Shown here: piece after piece, positions 24,811-27,485 of the stretch
Layout of the letters: every line of letters begins with the position of its first letter
Numbering within the stretch: position 1 is the stretch's first letter
NCBI GenBank assembly: GCA_007131525.1
Contig: SLQK01000291.1
Span: forward strand, 1 to 27,485
Reading direction: 5' to 3'
Source of the DNA: Nitriliruptoraceae bacterium
GTDB lineage: Bacteria; Actinomycetota; Nitriliruptoria; Nitriliruptorales; Nitriliruptoraceae
DNA: 27,485 nucleotides
Position numbers and translations under genes: made by a program
The notes under the pieces: generated by a model
The model's database searches: none
What the model was told of the DNA's origin: nothing
The model's input: only the letters and a program-made list of their open reading frames with translations

Positions 24811-24850
24811 CCCGCGACCATCAGCGACCACCCGCGACCACCCGCGACCA
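24811..24850 (+). repeat. 10-bp tandem repeat x4 immediately before the cca SD
   Basis: CCCGCGACCA-TCAGCGACCA-CCCGCGACCA-CCCGCGACCA, then CAGGAG. Confidence 0.85.
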
Positions 24851-24867
24851 CAGGAGCGATCGTCTCC

Positions 24868-26409
24868 GTGACCGAGGCACGACTGACCGACGACCAGGCC
24901 GTCCAGCTCGGGCGGCTGGTCGACGTCTACCCCGAGGCCCGCGAGCTCGGGGCTGCCTTCGATGCGGCCGGTCACGAGCTCCACCTCGTCGGCGGCACGG
25001 TGCGCGACACCCTGCTGGCCGGCGGTGACGAGGAGGTGCTCGAACAGGTCGATCTGGACTTCGCCACCTCCGCGCGGCCCGAGGACACCGAGCGGATCGT
25101 GCAGCCCTGGGCCACCGCCCTGTGGTTGACCGGCGCCGACTACGGCACCGTGTCCTGTCAGCGCGAGGAGCCGGGGCGCCCGACGCGGCGGGTCGAGATC
25201 ACCACCTTCCGCTCCGATCAGTACCAACCGGGTTCGCGCCACCCCGAGGTGACCTACGGGGACACCATCGAAGGTGACCTCGCGCGCCGTGACCTCACGG
25301 TCAACGCCATGGCGGTCCAGGTCCCCGAGTTCCGCTTCATCGACCCGCACGGGGGGCTGGCCGACCTGCGCCGGGGCGTGCTCAGGACGCCGATCGACCC
25401 CCACACCTCCTTCACCGACGACCCGCTGCGGATGGTGCGCCTGGCCCGGTTCGCGGCCGCGCTGGACGTCGAGGTGGAGCCGGCCGCGGCCGAGGCGGCC
25501 ACCGAGCTCGCGCATCTGCTGACCGAGATCTCGGCGGAGCGCGTGCGTGATGAGCTGGTGCGCCTCATCAGCGCCAGGACCCCGCGCCGCGGGCTCGAGC
25601 TGCTGCTGGCCACCGGGCTCGCCGAGCACGTCCTGCCCGAGCTCGTGGAGCTCAGCGCCTGCAGCGACCCCGACCACCGGCACAAGGACGTCTGGGCCCA
25701 CACCCTGGCCGTGATCGAGAACGTGATCGAGCTGGAGCGCGACGGTCCCGACGTGGTGCTGCGGCTCGCGGCCCTGCTGCACGACATCGGCAAACCCGAC
25801 ACGCGCCAGATCCACCGCGACGGCACCGTGAGCTTCCACCACCACGACGTGGTGGGGGCCCGGCAGACCCGTCACCGGCTGCGGGCCCTGCGCTTCGACA
25901 AGGACACGATCCGCGACGTCAGCGAGCTGGTGCGCATGCACCTGCGCTTCCACACCTACAAGCAGGGCTGGACCGACGCCGCCGTCCGCCGCTACGTCCG
26001 TGACGCCGGCCACCTCTACGAGCGGCTGAACACCCTGACCCGGGCGGACGTCACGACCGGCAACCCCCGACGGGCCCGGGCGATCCAGCGCCGGGTGGAC
26101 GAGCTCGAGGCGCGCGTCGCCGAGCTCCGGGAGCAGGAGGAGCTGGAGGCGTTGCGCCCGGCGGTGGACGGCAACGCGATCATGCGCCACCTGGGGCTGC
26201 GCCCGGGACCGATCGTCGGCCAGGCGTGGCAGTACCTGCTGGAGCTGCGCATGGAGCGGGGCCCGATCAGCGAGGAGGAGGCGCTGCACGCCCTGGACGC
26301 CTGGTGGGCGACCCACCCCGAGCACCGTGGGGCCGAGGTGGGGCATCTCGATGACGCGCCCCCTGCCGGCGCGCCCGCTGCCGGCGAGCCCCCTGTCGAC
26401 GACGCGTGA
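24868..26409 (+). CDS. pcnA: CCA tRNA nucleotidyltransferase with HD domain (PcnA/Rv3907c-like)
   Basis: SD AGGAG, GTG 24868. LVGGTVRD..DLDFATS, EITTFR, RRDLTVNAMA, DDPLRMVR, SAERVRDE, LLHDIGKP. Confidence 0.95.
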   Translation: MTEARLTDDQAVQLGRLVDVYPEARELGAAFDAAGHELHLVGGTVRDTLLAGGDEEVLEQVDLDFATSARPEDTERIVQPWATALWLTGADYGTVSCQREEPGRPTRRVEITTFRSDQYQPGSRHPEVTYGDTIEGDLARRDLTVNAMAVQVPEFRFIDPHGGLADLRRGVLRTPIDPHTSFTDDPLRMVRLARFAAALDVEVEPAAAEAATELAHLLTEISAERVRDELVRLISARTPRRGLELLLATGLAEHVLPELVELSACSDPDHRHKDVWAHTLAVIENVIELERDGPDVVLRLAALLHDIGKPDTRQIHRDGTVSFHHHDVVGARQTRHRLRALRFDKDTIRDVSELVRMHLRFHTYKQGWTDAAVRRYVRDAGHLYERLNTLTRADVTTGNPRRARAIQRRVDELEARVAELREQEELEALRPAVDGNAIMRHLGLRPGPIVGQAWQYLLELRMERGPISEEEALHALDAWWATHPEHRGAEVGHLDDAPPAGAPAAGEPPVDDA

Positions 26410-27230
26410 CGGCGACCCCACCCTCCTGGCGCGATCACCGCGACCGGGCGACGACGGCTCCCCCGGTGCCCGCGCCCGGCGACGCGGCCTTCTACCTCGA
26501 GATCGGCGAGTTCCAGGGGGCCGCCTACGCCCGCAACGCCTTCACCGCGGGCACCGCCGAGGAAGCGGGCACGTTGACGGAGCTGCTCGGTCTCGCGGCG
26601 GGGGACCGCGTCCTCGACGTCGGGTGCGGGGATGGTCGCCACCTGCGCTGGTTGGCGGACCGCGGCATCGGGGGCACCGGCGTGGACGTGTCGCCGGCCC
26701 TGGTCGACGCCGGCCGGAGTGCCGCGACCCTGGCTGGGGTGGCCCACCTGGTGGACCTCGAGGTGGCCGACGCCCGTGAGCTCGTGGCCTGGCTCGGTGA
26801 CCGTGCTGGCACCTTCGACGTGGCGTGGTCGCTGTGCCAGGGCGCCCTCGGCACCTCGCCCGTCTCGGATCCCGCGGTGGTCGCCGGGCTGGCCGCCGCG
26901 GTCCGGCCGGGTGGCGCGGTCGCCTTCACCTGCTTCCACGCGCTGTTCGCCGCACGCCACCTGGCCCCCGGCGATGCCTTCGACACGGTCGGGCTCGTCC
27001 ACCACCAGCGGACCGAGATCCGCGGCCCCGATCACGCCCGCCGCAGCACGGAGCTGTGGACCGCGGCCTACACCGTCCGCGACGCCGTGGCGCTCGCCCG
27101 TCGCTCGGGCCTCGAGCCGGTGTCGGTGCGGGGGGTGGAACCCGGCGCCTACGGCCGCCGCGGCGACGGCGAGGTGGCACTGGACGATCCGGAGGTGCTC
27201 GTGCTCGCCCGTCGTCCATCGCCGCGCTGA
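26406..27230 (+). CDS. Class I SAM-dependent methyltransferase
   Basis: GTGA overlap with the cca stop. VLDVGCGDGRH, GVDVS, ADAR, FDVAWSLCQG. Confidence 0.88.
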   Translation: MTATPPSWRDHRDRATTAPPVPAPGDAAFYLEIGEFQGAAYARNAFTAGTAEEAGTLTELLGLAAGDRVLDVGCGDGRHLRWLADRGIGGTGVDVSPALVDAGRSAATLAGVAHLVDLEVADARELVAWLGDRAGTFDVAWSLCQGALGTSPVSDPAVVAGLAAAVRPGGAVAFTCFHALFAARHLAPGDAFDTVGLVHHQRTEIRGPDHARRSTELWTAAYTVRDAVALARRSGLEPVSVRGVEPGAYGRRGDGEVALDDPEVLVLARRPSPR

Positions 27231-27484
27231 CCGGTGGGCTCCGGGGCGTCCCCGGTGTCCGCCGCCGGCGGGGTGGCCGCGGGCTCCGGCGCAGCAGCGG
27301 TGGGCTCTGGCGGTGGCTGGGCGGCCACCACGCGGCGCAGCGGGCTGCGGACATCGGGCCACCGCACGACCGCCAGCCGGCGGACCGTGCTGACCGGCAG
27401 CCATCCCCACGTCCGGCTGTCGGTCGAGTGGTGGGGGTCGTCGCCGACGGCGAACACCTGCCCGTCGGTGACCGCGGCCAACCG
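27149..27484 (-). CDS. C-terminal part of an S26-family (signal peptidase I/SodX-like) protein, 5' truncated by window
   Basis: FAVGDDPHHSTDSRTWGWLP resembles S26 box E (GDN..SxDSR.xG.xP), followed by RWP and a Pro/Ala tail. Confidence 0.62.
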   Translation of the reverse strand, partial: RLAAVTDGQVFAVGDDPHHSTDSRTWGWLPVSTVRRLAVVRWPDVRSPLRRVVAAQPPPEPTAAAPEPAATPPAADTGDAPEPTGQRGDGRRASTSTSGSSSATSPSPRRP

Positions 27485-27485
27485 C

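Noticed and set aside
24811-24850. Possible CRISPR-like array (also the repeat at 14944-14996)
   Set aside because: Units of 10 and 19 bp are directly tandem, with no unique spacers and no cas genes.
6093-26421. Long antisense ORFs such as 6093..7562+, 13390..14814+, 17096..18496+, 18523..19920+, 22137..23372+ and 24763..26421-
   Set aside because: Each mirrors a well-supported gene on the opposite strand and has no motifs. Such shadows are expected in high-GC DNA where stop codons are rare.

Overview
High-GC actinobacterial chromosome segment on the replication-origin-proximal side. It is mostly the conserved housekeeping block: 3' end of yidC, jag, rsmG, parA, parB, PLP aminotransferase, Rv3916c-like GNAT, CwlM-like amidase, trxA, trxB, anti-sigma factor, SigM/SigT-like ECF sigma, Ser/Thr kinase, DUF6049-like protein, NUDIX, CCA-adding enzyme. 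dnaA/rpmH should lie upstream of base 1. The rpiA, Jag_N-bearing jag and stand-alone pilT suggest a deep-branching lineage such as Nitriliruptoria (inference only). I found no rRNA, tRNA, CRISPR array, transposase or phage gene. Departures from the textbook locus: (1) an 829-bp hairpin-rich non-coding gap with two GTTCCACGTGGAAC-type parS sites and an antisense -10; (2) an 11-codon mini-ORF bridging rsmG and parA; (3) a CwlM orthologue that keeps all four amidase catalytic residues; (4) murJ is absent from its usual slot, which holds a pilin-like gene beside an intact-motif kinase; (5) a dtd-pilT/ydbT-ydbS block between NUDIX and cca, with a sigma28-like promoter before pilT; (6) exact SigH/SigR-type and several leaderless promoters, plus short repeat arrays. 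I cannot claim a new system. The best candidates are the pilin-like/kinase/ECF operon with the orphan PilT, the apparently active CwlM, and the parS/ncRNA gap.
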